Both the position numbers and the translations under genes were made by a program. A stretch of 58,151 nt of DNA from Gemmatimonadales bacterium (lineage in GTDB: Bacteria; Gemmatimonadota; Gemmatimonadetes; Gemmatimonadales; GWC2-71-9): NCBI GenBank assembly GCA_025937755.1, contig JAICQR010000003.1:1-58151 (forward strand), read 5' to 3'. Of the stretch, positions 37,319 to 47,676 are shown piece after piece; position 1 is the first letter of the stretch; each line of letters starts with the position of its first letter. Below the pieces are notes generated by a model, which ran no database searches, was not told the origin of the DNA, and worked only from the letters and a program-made list of their open reading frames with translations.

Positions 37319-38479
37319 ATGGCGACTGCCGCACGGCATTGCCCCTCCTGCCACACATCCCTCGCCGACGACGAGCAGTTCTGTCATCGGTGCCTGATCG
37401 CCACGCCCACCGAACCGGGCGTGGATCCGAGGCTGACGCCCACCAGCGCGGTGGAAGTGGGCCGGGTCCGGCGGGTGCTGGCTGAACAGTACCAGATCGA
37501 GCGGGTCGTTGGCGAAGGCGGGATGGCGACGGTGTTCCGGGCGGAGGACCTCAAGCACCGCCGGAAGGTGGCGGTGAAGGTGATGCGGCCGGAACTGGCC
37601 GCTACGCTTGGCGGCGACCGGTTCCTGCGCGAGGTCGAGATCGCAGCCAGGCTCAACCACCCGCACATCGTGTCGATGCACGATTCGGGCGACACCGATG
37701 GCGTACTCTACTACGTCATGCCGTTCGTCGAAGGAGAGTCGCTGACCCAGCGTCTCGCGCGCGAGGGCCCGCTGCCGGTGGCTGACGCGCTGCGAATCGC
37801 TCGGCAGGTGGCGGATGCGCTGGCGCACGCCCACAAGCGAGGGATCATCCACCGCGACATCAAGCCCGGCAACATCATGCTCTCGGAGGGCCATGCGCTA
37901 GTGGCTGACTTCGGGATTGCCCGCGCGCTGCGGAGCGGCGCCACTGCGATCACCACGGCGGGACTCGCCATCGGTACGCCCCACTACATGAGCCCGGAGC
38001 AGGCCACCGGCGCTCGCGACGTGGACGAACGCACCGATGTCTATGCGGTGGGCGCGGTGCTCTATGAGATGCTGACTGGCAAGCCGCCGTTCACCGGGCG
38101 TTCGGCGCAGGCGATCATCTCGCACAGCATCACCGAACCGCACCAGCCTCTCGCCATGAGCCGTCCGGGACTGCCTCCCTCACTGGAGCCACTGATGAGC
38201 CGGGCGCTTGCCAAGAGCGCAGCCGACCGCATCGCGTCGGCCGAGGCGCTCTCCCATGCCATTGCCGGAATCCAGATCGAGCTGACGCACGCTTCGGTGC
38301 CGCTGTCGAACGTGACGACTGCCGACCTGCGCCGGTGGGGTATACTCGGCGGCGCGCTGGTGCTGGCGCTGGTGCTGCTGTCATTCGTGGCCGGCCGGTG
38401 GGGAATGCCGCCCTGGCTGCTGTTCTCGGCCTTCGCAGCCCTCGGCGTGGCGACCATCATCCTCTGGCAAAAAAAGTAG
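37319..38479 (+). CDS. Ser/Thr kinase with N-terminal Zn ribbon and two C-terminal TM helices
   Basis: CPSC..CHRC; HRDIKPGN, DFG, GTPHYMSPE. Confidence 0.9.
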   Translation: MATAARHCPSCHTSLADDEQFCHRCLIATPTEPGVDPRLTPTSAVEVGRVRRVLAEQYQIERVVGEGGMATVFRAEDLKHRRKVAVKVMRPELAATLGGDRFLREVEIAARLNHPHIVSMHDSGDTDGVLYYVMPFVEGESLTQRLAREGPLPVADALRIARQVADALAHAHKRGIIHRDIKPGNIMLSEGHALVADFGIARALRSGATAITTAGLAIGTPHYMSPEQATGARDVDERTDVYAVGAVLYEMLTGKPPFTGRSAQAIISHSITEPHQPLAMSRPGLPPSLEPLMSRALAKSAADRIASAEALSHAIAGIQIELTHASVPLSNVTTADLRRWGILGGALVLALVLLSFVAGRWGMPPWLLFSAFAALGVATIILWQKK

Positions 38480-38480
38480 C

Positions 38481-38536
38481 TTCCCACTTCCCACTTCCCA
38501 CTTCCCACTTCCCACTTCCCACTTCCCACTTCCCAC
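38481..38536. repeat. Perfect heptamer repeat (TTCCCAC)x8
   Basis: Occupies essentially the whole gap between convergent stops. Confidence 0.95.
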
Positions 38537-38998
38537 TCAAAGGTCCTTCACGCACCGCAGGAACTCCTCGCGATAGCCAAGGTGCTGGTAGAACCCGCGC
38601 GCCCGATGGTTGTTGACGAAGACCATCAGATCCACCCGGACACAGCCCCGCGCTCCTGCCCATTCCTCGGTCGCATGCATCAGCTGCCGGGCGATTCCCT
38701 TGCCGGCTGCCGACTCTGACACAGCCAGCACCTCGATGTACGCCAGCGGCGCTCCGGTGAAGTAGTCGGCGCGGGTGTTGGCAAACACGCTTCCGAGCAG
38801 CGTGCCGTCCTCTTCGGCGACCAGGAAAAGCACGTCGTCCGCGGGCCGGGCCAGCTGTGCATCGAAGAGGTGGATATCCGCCCGGGCGATCTCCTCGGCA
38901 GCGCGGCCGGGCGGGAGCTCGAAGTCGGCGAGGCGCCGGGCAAGTGCCACCACCGCATCGCGATCGGCTGGCGTGGCGGGGCGCAGGTGGATGGTCAT
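38537..38998 (-). CDS. GNAT acetyltransferase
   Basis: LAV..AAGKGIARQL, N..ARGFYQHLGY. Confidence 0.88.
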   Translation of the reverse strand: MTIHLRPATPADRDAVVALARRLADFELPPGRAAEEIARADIHLFDAQLARPADDVLFLVAEEDGTLLGSVFANTRADYFTGAPLAYIEVLAVSESAAGKGIARQLMHATEEWAGARGCVRVDLMVFVNNHRARGFYQHLGYREEFLRCVKDL

Positions 38999-39117
38999 GG
39001 CGCCAAACGTAAAACGATCCGGGCAGCTCTTGCGGCTTCGGGTTTTGTTCGGTATCGTAGTCGGGTACGTGGCGGTATCGGTTCCGGCATCGTGGTTTTC
39101 ACCCGAAGGAGGCAGAC

Positions 39118-39579
39118 ATGGGAGTCAAGGCAATTCCCGACGGCTATCACAGCATCACCCCTTTCCTCATCGTCGAGGGCGCGGACAAGGCCATCGACTT
39201 CTACATCAGGGCATTCGGCGCCGTGCAGGTCTATCGCCTGGAGCACGAGGGCAAGGTGGCGCACGCCGAGCTCAGGATCGGCGACAGCATGATCATGGTC
39301 AGCGAGCCGATGGCCAACTCGGTGTATCAGGACCCCAAGTCGATCGGCGGCTCACCGGTCGGGCTGATGATCTACGTCGAAGACGCGGACAAGGTGTATC
39401 AGCAAGCCATCATGGCAGGCGCCAGCGCGATACGTCCGGTCGAGGACCAGTTCTACGGAGACCGGTCAGGCAACCTGCAGGATCCGTTTGGCCATCTGTG
39501 GACCATCTCGACGCACGTGGAAGATGTCTCGCCGGACGAGATCAATCGGCGCTTCGAGCAGGAGTATGCCAGGGCCTAA
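39118..39579 (+). CDS. VOC family protein (PhnB-like)
   Basis: IPDGYHSITP, HAELRIGDS, DQFYGDRSG..DPFGH.W. Confidence 0.9.
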   Translation: MGVKAIPDGYHSITPFLIVEGADKAIDFYIRAFGAVQVYRLEHEGKVAHAELRIGDSMIMVSEPMANSVYQDPKSIGGSPVGLMIYVEDADKVYQQAIMAGASAIRPVEDQFYGDRSGNLQDPFGHLWTISTHVEDVSPDEINRRFEQEYARA

Positions 39580-39785
39580 GGCTCAGGGCTTTCGCTGGTC
39601 TGCTCGCCACCCGGGGGCGACACCAGCGTGGCCACCAGCAGGATGGGGGCAAGTCGGAGGGAGGCTCTCATTCCCTACGCTAGGTCCGAAGCAGCCTCGG
39701 GGGAAGACGTACCCCTTCCGCCCGGCGGGATCGGAGGTAGGATATCCCCGTTAACTCACCCACCCCCCCGCGCCCGGAGTGCCCC

Positions 39786-40259
39786 ATGTCTCGCCGGCAG
39801 AGGACTCATCACGCAGTATCACTCGTGCTCGCTCTCGCAGTTGCCGCACCCGCCGCCCTGGTGGCGCAGGGCATCCCCGCCAATGCTCCGGCGCTGCGCA
39901 CGGCGTTGTCGGATCTCGCGACGCTTCGGTCCACCTACGTCGATGCCTTCAACAAGAAGGATGCGGCCGAGGTGACTTCGCTGTATGCCGATGACGCCGT
40001 CGTCATCATGGAGGATGGCACGTTGCTTAACGGCGGCCTCGAGATCCGCGCTGCCATGGCCGAAGCGGCGCCGACCTGGCCCCACGCGGTCATCGAGTCG
40101 GACACCACCCGGGTCTTCGGCAGCACCGCGGTGGACCTGGGCACATGGACCGCGCACCCGGCCGACGGCGGCGAGCTGAAGTTCCGCTACGTAACCATTC
40201 TCCGCCGGGGCCTCGACGGCTGGAAGATCACCCATGTGTCGCTGGTGCCATTGAAGTAG
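39786..40259 (+). CDS. Secreted SnoaL/NTF2-like (DUF4440) protein
   Basis: Signal peptide; AFNKKDA..LYADDA; DGWKI. Confidence 0.75.
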   Translation: MSRRQRTHHAVSLVLALAVAAPAALVAQGIPANAPALRTALSDLATLRSTYVDAFNKKDAAEVTSLYADDAVVIMEDGTLLNGGLEIRAAMAEAAPTWPHAVIESDTTRVFGSTAVDLGTWTAHPADGGELKFRYVTILRRGLDGWKITHVSLVPLK

Positions 40260-40313
40260 GAAGTGGGGAGTGGGAAGTGGAGGGGTGTTCTTCCCACTTC
40301 CCACTTCCCACTT
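40254..40313. repeat. Inverted heptamer arrays (RAGTGGG-like)x4 / (TTCCCAC)x3; possible hairpin terminator
   Basis: Read directly; contains the stop of the upstream gene. Confidence 0.8.
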
Positions 40314-40320
40314 GTAGTTC

Positions 40321-40342
40321 TGTCGCTCCCCCGTTGTAAGTT
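40321..40342 (+). promoter_or_regulatory. PafBC (RecA-NDp)-like promoter
   Basis: TGTCGC-N10-TAAGTT compared with consensus TGTCGG-N10-TANNNT; ATG follows after 7 nt with no SD. Confidence 0.65.
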
Positions 40343-40349
40343 GCCGGTA

Positions 40350-43300
40350 ATGCACCGCACCCTCGCACATCTGATGCAGATCGACCGCTCCTGGCCCATG
40401 GCCAGGAAGCTGCTGGTCGGCCCCGACCTGGGCTGGGGCCGCGAAGTGCTCTGCCTGCTGGCCCGTGATCTGGGAGGCTGGGTGGGCTGGGAAGCGGTGA
40501 CGCCGAAAATGCTGGCGGGAGAGCTGGCGTTCACGGCGATCGCCGACTCGGGCTATCGCGCCGGTACCGACCTCGAAATCGAGGCGGTATCCGAGGCTGC
40601 GCTGGACGCCGCGATCGCTGCGGGCGCGCTTCAGGGTTCGCTCGCGGCCCTGGCGCAGCGTCCCGGGATCCGGACCGCGGTCCATGATGCCATCCAGAAC
40701 CTGCGGATGTCGGGCCTCGGCGTCGACCAGGTGGCCAAGCGCGCCCCCGCGGGGACCACGGCCACGGATCTGGCCCGGATACTCGGTCACTACGTCGGGA
40801 CCCTCAGGGAGCGGCACCTGATTGACCCTGCCGACATCTTCCGATTCGGGCTGCAGGAGTTCGAGGTCGAGGCGCCGTATGTCCTGCCGCCGTTGGTGCT
40901 GGTGGCCGGCGATCTCTCGCTGCGCGGGCTCAGGGGCCAGTTCGTCCTGAAGCTGCTGTCCAAGGGGGCCGTCGGTCTCGATTCCGGGCCGGCACGGAAG
41001 GAGAATCCGCCGCTGACGGTTGCCTTCCAGACCCCGCTTGATCCCATGATGGAGCTGGAACAGCGGTCCACGCCCCGGCTCTTCGCCGCCACCACACCCA
41101 CCATCGAGTTGCGCGAGGCGCTGCGCCGTGCGATGGCAGACGGCTTCGCGTGGGGCGACGTCGAGATTGCCGCGACCGATGAAGATCTCTACGGCATCGA
41201 ACTCGAAGCGCTGACGTCGCATCTCGGAGTCCCCTGCACCTTCCGCAACGGCCTTCCTTTCGCCCGTTCGCGCATCGGCCGGGCTGTGGCGCGTTTCCTC
41301 GCGTTTCTCTCCCAAGGGCTCCCGGTCGACCTGTTGCGCTCGGCGCTGGAATCGGGCGAGCTGGCATCGCCAGATCAGCTTGTTGCTCCAGCTCGCCTGG
41401 CGAGCCGATTGAGGGAACTGAAGGTTGGCTGGGGCCGGGAGCGCCTCGAGAAGGCGCGCGATGATCTCGCGACCCCGACGACCGAGCGTATCCGCCAGCG
41501 CGAGGACGAGTCCGCCGAAGCATTCGACGCGCGGGTGGCTCGGTGGAAGGCCGAGTCCAGCGCGCTCGCCAGGTTGCTCGATTGCCTGCTGGAGTTGCTG
41601 CCGCCGGTGCCGGAGCGGGGTGATTTCAGTGACGTGCGGGTGACGCCTGCCGCGCTGGCTCGTGCAGTGCGACTCTACCTGGCCATGCTGCTCGAGGCGG
41701 AGGTGGCCGATGCCACGGCCAGGGCAGACCAGCACCTGGGCCAGCGACTGGTCGCGCGGCTGGAGCAGGTCGAGCGCCTGGGCACGGAGCTGACCACCTT
41801 CGCCGGTGCGCTGACTGAACTGCATGCGGTGCTGGAGGACCTCAGGGCGTGGCCCGAACTTCGTTCCGGGAGCGCTGGCAGTTCCGCTGGCGACGCGATC
41901 CACTTCACCGACCTTGCGCACGCGGGGCTCACCGGACGCAGGGCGACGTTCGTGGTGGGCCTCGATGCCGACCGGGTCAGCGGAGCGCGGGTGCAGGATG
42001 CCCTGCTGCCGGACAGCGTGCGCCACGCGCTCGATCCGGACGCGCTGCCTTCGCTCGCGATGCGGCAGGAAGAGCACGCCTGGAAGCTCGACCGCGCGCT
42101 GGCGCGGGTCACCGGCGCGATGACGCTTTCGTATTCGGTGCGCGGTACCGACAGCGGTAGCGCCACCGGACCGTCGCATCTCCTGCTGGACGCCTGGCGC
42201 CGCGCCGAAGGAAACGACGCGCTCGACTATGAGGGCCTGCGCGCGCACCTGGGGGAGCCAGTCTCCGCCGTGCCCTCGCATGGCGTCCGTTGTCTCGACG
42301 GTCGCGATGCCTGGCTCGCGGCCCTCTCCGACGGCCCGCTGCTGCTGGATGGCGCCGCGCAGGTGCGCGACGGCTTTCCCGCGCTCGATCGCGGGCTCCG
42401 CCTTCGCAGCGGGCTGGCGGCTCCGGTTTTCAGTCCCGTGCACGGGCTGGTCGCCGATCCCGCGGGGCTCGACCCCACCGCAAGCACCCGTCCGGTTTCG
42501 GCATCGCAGCTCGAGACCCTCGCGCGTTGCCCGCTGGCATGGCTCTACAGTTATGGAATGGGTGTCCGTCCACCGGAGGAGCCGGAGTACAACGCTGATG
42601 CCTGGCTCTCGTCGGCCGAACGGGGCTCGCTGCTGCACGAGGTGTACGAGCAATTCGGCCGGGAATATCAGGGGCGTCGCCCGGAACTGGAGTCGATGGC
42701 GGCCCGGCAGCGCGTGGAAGCCATAGCCCAGGAAAGAATAGACGCGTGGCGCGAGGACGTGCCGCCACCCAGTGAATCGGTATTTCTCGCCGAGTCGGAA
42801 GAAATCCGGCGTGCTGCGGTCGAATTCCGTTCCTGCGAGATCGAGGATCATGAGCAGACTGGTGCCGAACCGTTCGAGTTCGAGAAGGGCGTGGAGTATC
42901 GGGACGCAGTGCCGTTCGCAGTGGGTGACCGCAGCCTGACGGTGTATGGCAGGATCGACCGGGTGGACCGCCTGCCCGATGGGACGCTGCGGGTAGTGGA
43001 CTTCAAGACCGGCAGTGCGCGGCCGTACCAGGACTCGAATGGTGGCGGCCCCTTCCACGGCGGCCGCCATCTGCAGGCGGGGATCTACGCGTCCATCGCA
43101 GAGCAGCAACTCGGCGTCGCGGTGGACCGCTTCGAGTACCGCTTTCCGACCCACAAGGGCGGCAACTACATCGCCCGGTTCCTGCGCGACGAATTGACCC
43201 GTACCGCGGACGTAGTTGGAAGCCTGCTCGAGCACGTGCGCACCGGCGAGTTCGTCCCGACCACCGCAAGGGAAGACTGCACCTTCTGCGACGCGGCGCC

Positions 43301-43427
43301 CATCTGTCGCGTGAAGGTGGGCAACCACCACAAGGTCGAGTCTGTGCCCCGCGCCGACTGGGCCGCCGAGCACGCCGACTTGCTGAAAGCGTTTGACGGA
43401 ATGAATCAGCGTCGAGGAAAGCGATGA
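40350..43427 (+). CDS. addB: AddB-like subunit: degenerate helicase fold plus PD-(D/E)XK nuclease with Fe-S Cys
   Basis: SASQLETLARCP, GSLLH, GRIDRVD..VVDFKTG..LQAGIY, CTFCDAAPIC. Confidence 0.8.
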   Translation: MHRTLAHLMQIDRSWPMARKLLVGPDLGWGREVLCLLARDLGGWVGWEAVTPKMLAGELAFTAIADSGYRAGTDLEIEAVSEAALDAAIAAGALQGSLAALAQRPGIRTAVHDAIQNLRMSGLGVDQVAKRAPAGTTATDLARILGHYVGTLRERHLIDPADIFRFGLQEFEVEAPYVLPPLVLVAGDLSLRGLRGQFVLKLLSKGAVGLDSGPARKENPPLTVAFQTPLDPMMELEQRSTPRLFAATTPTIELREALRRAMADGFAWGDVEIAATDEDLYGIELEALTSHLGVPCTFRNGLPFARSRIGRAVARFLAFLSQGLPVDLLRSALESGELASPDQLVAPARLASRLRELKVGWGRERLEKARDDLATPTTERIRQREDESAEAFDARVARWKAESSALARLLDCLLELLPPVPERGDFSDVRVTPAALARAVRLYLAMLLEAEVADATARADQHLGQRLVARLEQVERLGTELTTFAGALTELHAVLEDLRAWPELRSGSAGSSAGDAIHFTDLAHAGLTGRRATFVVGLDADRVSGARVQDALLPDSVRHALDPDALPSLAMRQEEHAWKLDRALARVTGAMTLSYSVRGTDSGSATGPSHLLLDAWRRAEGNDALDYEGLRAHLGEPVSAVPSHGVRCLDGRDAWLAALSDGPLLLDGAAQVRDGFPALDRGLRLRSGLAAPVFSPVHGLVADPAGLDPTASTRPVSASQLETLARCPLAWLYSYGMGVRPPEEPEYNADAWLSSAERGSLLHEVYEQFGREYQGRRPELESMAARQRVEAIAQERIDAWREDVPPPSESVFLAESEEIRRAAVEFRSCEIEDHEQTGAEPFEFEKGVEYRDAVPFAVGDRSLTVYGRIDRVDRLPDGTLRVVDFKTGSARPYQDSNGGGPFHGGRHLQAGIYASIAEQQLGVAVDRFEYRFPTHKGGNYIARFLRDELTRTADVVGSLLEHVRTGEFVPTTAREDCTFCDAAPICRVKVGNHHKVESVPRADWAAEHADLLKAFDGMNQRRGKR

Positions 43428-46400
43428 AGCCGGAGCCGCAGGACCAGGCCGCGCGGAACCGCATCGCTGCTGATCTCGATGCAAACCTGCTGGTCGAGGC
43501 GGGCGCCGGCTCGGGCAAGACGACGGCGCTGGTGGGCCGGATGCTGGCGCTGGTGGAGCGGGGCACACCGGTGGAGCAGATCGCCGCGGTGACCTTTACC
43601 CGGAAGGCTGCCGCCGAACTGCGGGAGCGGTTCGAGGGCGAGCTGGAGCGGCGGGCCGCCACCTGCGACGAGCCGGAGACCGGTGCGCGGCTTCGCGACG
43701 CTCGGGATCACCTGGGCCGGTCATTCCTCGGCACCATTCACTCGTTCGCTGCGCGACTGCTGCGCGAGCATCCGCTCGAGGCGGGGCTGGACCCCGATTT
43801 CGCCGAAGTGCCTGAAGAGGAATGGGCCGGCATCCGGACCGAGTTCTGGCGCGGCTGGATCGAGCGCTGCCGGGTGGAGAACGATCCGGCGCTCGCCGAG
43901 CTCAGACGGCTCAACGTCGATCCCCGCGACCTTTTCGACGGGTTCCAGAACCGAGCACGGTTCCCCGACGTGAGCTTCCCCGCCCCCGATGCACTGCGGC
44001 CCGATGCAGGGCGCTGCCGCGCTGCGATCGAGGCGCTGCTGGCCCGGGCGCGGGAGCACCTGCCGCGAGAGAGCCCGGGACGAAAGTGGGATGACGCCCA
44101 GCGCTACTTCCTGCGGCTTGACCGGCTCCGCCGTAGCGGTGCCGACTGGGAAGATGTGGCGCGCTTCTGCGACGCATTGTCCGACAAGGCCGACATCAAG
44201 TTCACCATGTCGAACTGGGACATCACGGCCAGGCAGACGAAAAACGTCGCGCCGCGGGATGTGAGCCCCGTGCACGCGCTGCGCGAGGATCTGCTCGAAT
44301 TTCAGGAGACCCACGCGATTCCGCTGATCCGCGCATGGCGGGCACATCGTTATGCACCAGTGATGCGATTCATCGACCGGGCTGTTCGCGCGTTCAGCGC
44401 CCAGCGGCACGCCCGGGGAACGCTGGGCTTCGAGGACCTGTTGCAACTTGCGGCTCACCTGCTGCGACACTCGTCCGCGGCGCGTCGCCGGCTGGGCGAG
44501 CGCTATCGCCACCTGCTGGTGGATGAGTTCCAGGACACCGATCCCATCCAGGCGGAACTCTGCTTCCTGCTCGCGTCCGAGCCGGAGACCGGCGACAACT
44601 GGACCTCAGTGACACCGCGTCCCGGCGCGCTGTTCGTGGTAGGTGATCCGAAGCAGAGCATCTACCGCTTTCGTCGCGCTGATATCACCACCTACGAGCT
44701 GGTGAAGCAGTGCATCGCACGGACCGGTGCGGTACTCCAGCTCACCCAGAACTTCCGCTCGGTCGAAGCCATCGCGGGACTGGTCAACCACCATTTCCCC
44801 GGCGTCTTTCCCGAGACTGCCTCCGAGGTGCAGGCGTCGTTCGCACCGATGGTCACGACGATCACTGCCGAGCCGGCCGACGGCGTACGGCGCTTTCCGG
44901 TCCGGCCCGAAGCGAACAACAAGCAGGCCATTAACCTGGCCTGCGGCGCACAGGTGGCCACGCTCGTCGACCGGATGGTCAGCGGCGGGGGCTACCAGCG
45001 GTCCGATTTCCTGGTGCTTACCACCCAGACGGAGTCGCTGGCCAGCTATGCCAACGAACTGGCGGCTCGCAATATCGCGGTGAGTGTCACCGGTGCCGGC
45101 CTGACCGTGGGATACGAACTCGAGGAGCTGCTGGTGGTGCTGCGTGCCATCGCCGACCCCACCAACAAGGTGCTGGTGGTCGCAGCACTCGAGGGACTCT
45201 TTGCCGGCCTCACTCCGGCCGAGCTGCTCGACGCGCACCGCGGTGGAGCGCACTTCGATCTCACTGCGCCTCCTGCCGATCCATCGAGTCCCGCAGGAGT
45301 GGCGCTCGACCGGCTGCATCGCTGGTGGCGTGACTCGCAGCGGCTCCCGCCGGATGCATTGCTCGAACGGATCGTGGACGACACCGGCCTGCTGCCGCAC
45401 ACCGCGTCAGGTACCCTGGGAGACAACGCCGCAGGAGCGATTGCGGAAGTGATAGCGGTGGCGCGCAGCTCGGCGGCCAGCGGCTCGGGCAGCCTGGCGG
45501 AGGCGATGCACCGGATCGAGGCGGCGGCGGACAGCGCAGAGAGCGACGCTTCGCTTCGACCCGGCCTGCAGGATGCCGTGCGGGTGATGAATCTGCACAA
45601 GGCCAAGGGACTCGAGGCGCGGGTGGTGATTCTCGCCGCGCCGGTCAGCATGTGGACTCCGAATCCCGAAATCCATGTGAGCCGTCGGCCTGATGGCAGT
45701 GCGTTCGGTGCCATGAGCATCTGCAACGACAAGCGTGTCATCGCGGAGCCTGTTGAGTGGGATACGCTGTTCGAGCGGGAGGTCGAGTTTCTGGCCGCGG
45801 AGTTCGACCGGCTGCTGTACGTGGCCGCCTCCCGGGCCAGGCGCGAACTCTGGGTTGCCCAGCTTGAGTTCGAATTGAAGGACCGGAAGGCGGAGGACAA
45901 GTCGCTCTGGGCCCGGCTGGCGCCGGCGCTGGATCGGTTCGCCCGGGTGGAGGAAGTGGCCACCGAAGTACCGCCGGGCCGGCGCCTTGTGGAACGCGGC
46001 TCCGCAGCGATCCGTGCTGACGCCGAAGCCACCGATCACCGGAGGACGGCGGCCGCGTCGCCCCGCTGGATTCGCAATACCGTGACCCGGCTTGCCCGCG
46101 AGGAAGCCGCCGAGGCCGAGGAGCAGAAGCTGGTGCCGAGAGGCGGCCTGGGACGGGACTGGGGCACCGCCGTCCATGAATGCATCGAAGGCATGGGCCG
46201 GGGCCGGAGCGGGCCGAACCTCGAACGCTACGTGCGGGCGGTGGCGGGAAAGCACGACTTGTCGGACATCGAGACTGGACGCCTGCTGCAACTGGTGCGG
46301 CAGTTCGAGACGTCGGAAGCATGGGCCCGGCTGTCGGCAGGGGGCGAGACCAGGCAGGTCGAACTTCAGGTGGCCGCAATCGAAACCAGCGAGTCCGGCG

Positions 46401-46618
46401 TGCCGCAACTGGTCGAGGGCGTCATCGACGCGGTCGCCCAGATCGACGGAGAATGGACCGTCATGGACTGGAAAACCGACGGCGCGGACGACGCCGAGTG
46501 GGGGCGGCGCCACGAGCAGTACCAGCGGCAGGTTGACCGGTACGTTCGGGTGCTGAGCAGGCATGCCGACGGCCCGGTGACCGGTCGTGTGGTGCGGCTT
46601 CAGGCGGATGCCGGCTGA
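43424..46618 (+). CDS. addA: AddA-like UvrD/SF1 helicase with C-terminal nuclease
   Basis: AGAGSGKT, TFTRKAA, DEFQDT, VGDPKQSIYRFR, HKAKGLE, YVAASRA, GVIDAV..DWKTD. Confidence 0.88.
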   Translation: MKPEPQDQAARNRIAADLDANLLVEAGAGSGKTTALVGRMLALVERGTPVEQIAAVTFTRKAAAELRERFEGELERRAATCDEPETGARLRDARDHLGRSFLGTIHSFAARLLREHPLEAGLDPDFAEVPEEEWAGIRTEFWRGWIERCRVENDPALAELRRLNVDPRDLFDGFQNRARFPDVSFPAPDALRPDAGRCRAAIEALLARAREHLPRESPGRKWDDAQRYFLRLDRLRRSGADWEDVARFCDALSDKADIKFTMSNWDITARQTKNVAPRDVSPVHALREDLLEFQETHAIPLIRAWRAHRYAPVMRFIDRAVRAFSAQRHARGTLGFEDLLQLAAHLLRHSSAARRRLGERYRHLLVDEFQDTDPIQAELCFLLASEPETGDNWTSVTPRPGALFVVGDPKQSIYRFRRADITTYELVKQCIARTGAVLQLTQNFRSVEAIAGLVNHHFPGVFPETASEVQASFAPMVTTITAEPADGVRRFPVRPEANNKQAINLACGAQVATLVDRMVSGGGYQRSDFLVLTTQTESLASYANELAARNIAVSVTGAGLTVGYELEELLVVLRAIADPTNKVLVVAALEGLFAGLTPAELLDAHRGGAHFDLTAPPADPSSPAGVALDRLHRWWRDSQRLPPDALLERIVDDTGLLPHTASGTLGDNAAGAIAEVIAVARSSAASGSGSLAEAMHRIEAAADSAESDASLRPGLQDAVRVMNLHKAKGLEARVVILAAPVSMWTPNPEIHVSRRPDGSAFGAMSICNDKRVIAEPVEWDTLFEREVEFLAAEFDRLLYVAASRARRELWVAQLEFELKDRKAEDKSLWARLAPALDRFARVEEVATEVPPGRRLVERGSAAIRADAEATDHRRTAAASPRWIRNTVTRLAREEAAEAEEQKLVPRGGLGRDWGTAVHECIEGMGRGRSGPNLERYVRAVAGKHDLSDIETGRLLQLVRQFETSEAWARLSAGGETRQVELQVAAIETSESGVPQLVEGVIDAVAQIDGEWTVMDWKTDGADDAEWGRRHEQYQRQVDRYVRVLSRHADGPVTGRVVRLQADAG

Positions 46619-47676
46619 TGGCGGCCAAGCTGCAGCGCTGGGTGGACCTGCTGGCGGCGCTATTGCGCCACCGGTATCCCGTCTCACTCGAAGAGCTGAT
46701 GCGCGATGTCCCGGATTACCAGGGCCAGGAGCACGAGTCGATGCGCCGCAAGTTCGAGCGCGACAAGAAGGAGCTGCGCGAGTTCGGCATCCCCATCGAG
46801 ACCATCGGCGACGACGAAGGCGTCGGATACCGGCTTCGCATGCGTGACTTCTACCTCCCCTACCTCCAGCTGGTGGACGAGGAACGGGTGCCGGCCCGGC
46901 CCGGCCGGCTCCCGGGCGATCCCTGGCGTCAACTCGCGCTGCTGCAGTTCACGTCCGACGAACTGCGAGTCGTGGCGGAGGCGGCCGCACGCGTCGCGGC
47001 GCTGGGCGACCCGGCGCTGGCGTCCGACGTGCGCACCGCGCTCAGGAAGCTCGCCGTGGACCTGCCGATGGATGGCGCCGCCAGCACGGTTGAACATGTT
47101 CACGGGACCGAGCAGCACAATGCCGCCACGCTGGCGCTGCTCGGTTCGGCGGTGCAGGCCCGGAAGCGGATCACGTGTACTTATCACAGCATCGGCAGCG
47201 ATGCCCGCTCCGAGCGAAACCTCGAACCGCTGGGACTCTTCTTCCTGAGCCGGGCGTGGTATCTCGCCGCCCGGCAACCCGGCGAGAAGCTGGTGAAGAA
47301 CTTCAGGGTGAGCCGGATGTCCGGGGTGAAGGTCGGCACTCGCCCTGAGTCGCCCGACTTCGAGCGCCCTGCCGGATGGAGCCTGCAGCAGCACGCCCGC
47401 GCCCGGAGTTCGTGGGAACTGGGTGATGATGACCTCGTCGATGTGGATGTGCACTTTCTCCGGGATACTGGTGCCACCGCGGCCGCCGTGCGGCTGGGCA
47501 CGCCGGTGGAGGGCAGTCCGGATACCCTGAGATATCAGGTGCGTCGCATCGATGCGTTCGTGAGGTGGCTGCTGCCACTGGGAGATGCAGCGGAGCTGGT
47601 TGCGCCGGCGCCGGTGGTGGCGGAATGGCGCCGCCTTGCCGGGGCCACCCTCGCGGTCTATCAGGAAGCACCATGA
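46618..47676 (+). CDS. pafB: HTH-WYL-WCX regulator, PafB-like
   Basis: RRKFERDKKELREFGIPIE (PafB-type helix), RAWYLAA, FRVSRM. Confidence 0.8.
   Translation: MAAKLQRWVDLLAALLRHRYPVSLEELMRDVPDYQGQEHESMRRKFERDKKELREFGIPIETIGDDEGVGYRLRMRDFYLPYLQLVDEERVPARPGRLPGDPWRQLALLQFTSDELRVVAEAAARVAALGDPALASDVRTALRKLAVDLPMDGAASTVEHVHGTEQHNAATLALLGSAVQARKRITCTYHSIGSDARSERNLEPLGLFFLSRAWYLAARQPGEKLVKNFRVSRMSGVKVGTRPESPDFERPAGWSLQQHARARSSWELGDDDLVDVDVHFLRDTGATAAAVRLGTPVEGSPDTLRYQVRRIDAFVRWLLPLGDAAELVAPAPVVAEWRRLAGATLAVYQEAP

Noticed and set aside
39819-43568. 1249-aa minus-strand ORF
   Set aside because: Antisense shadow of the addB-like gene
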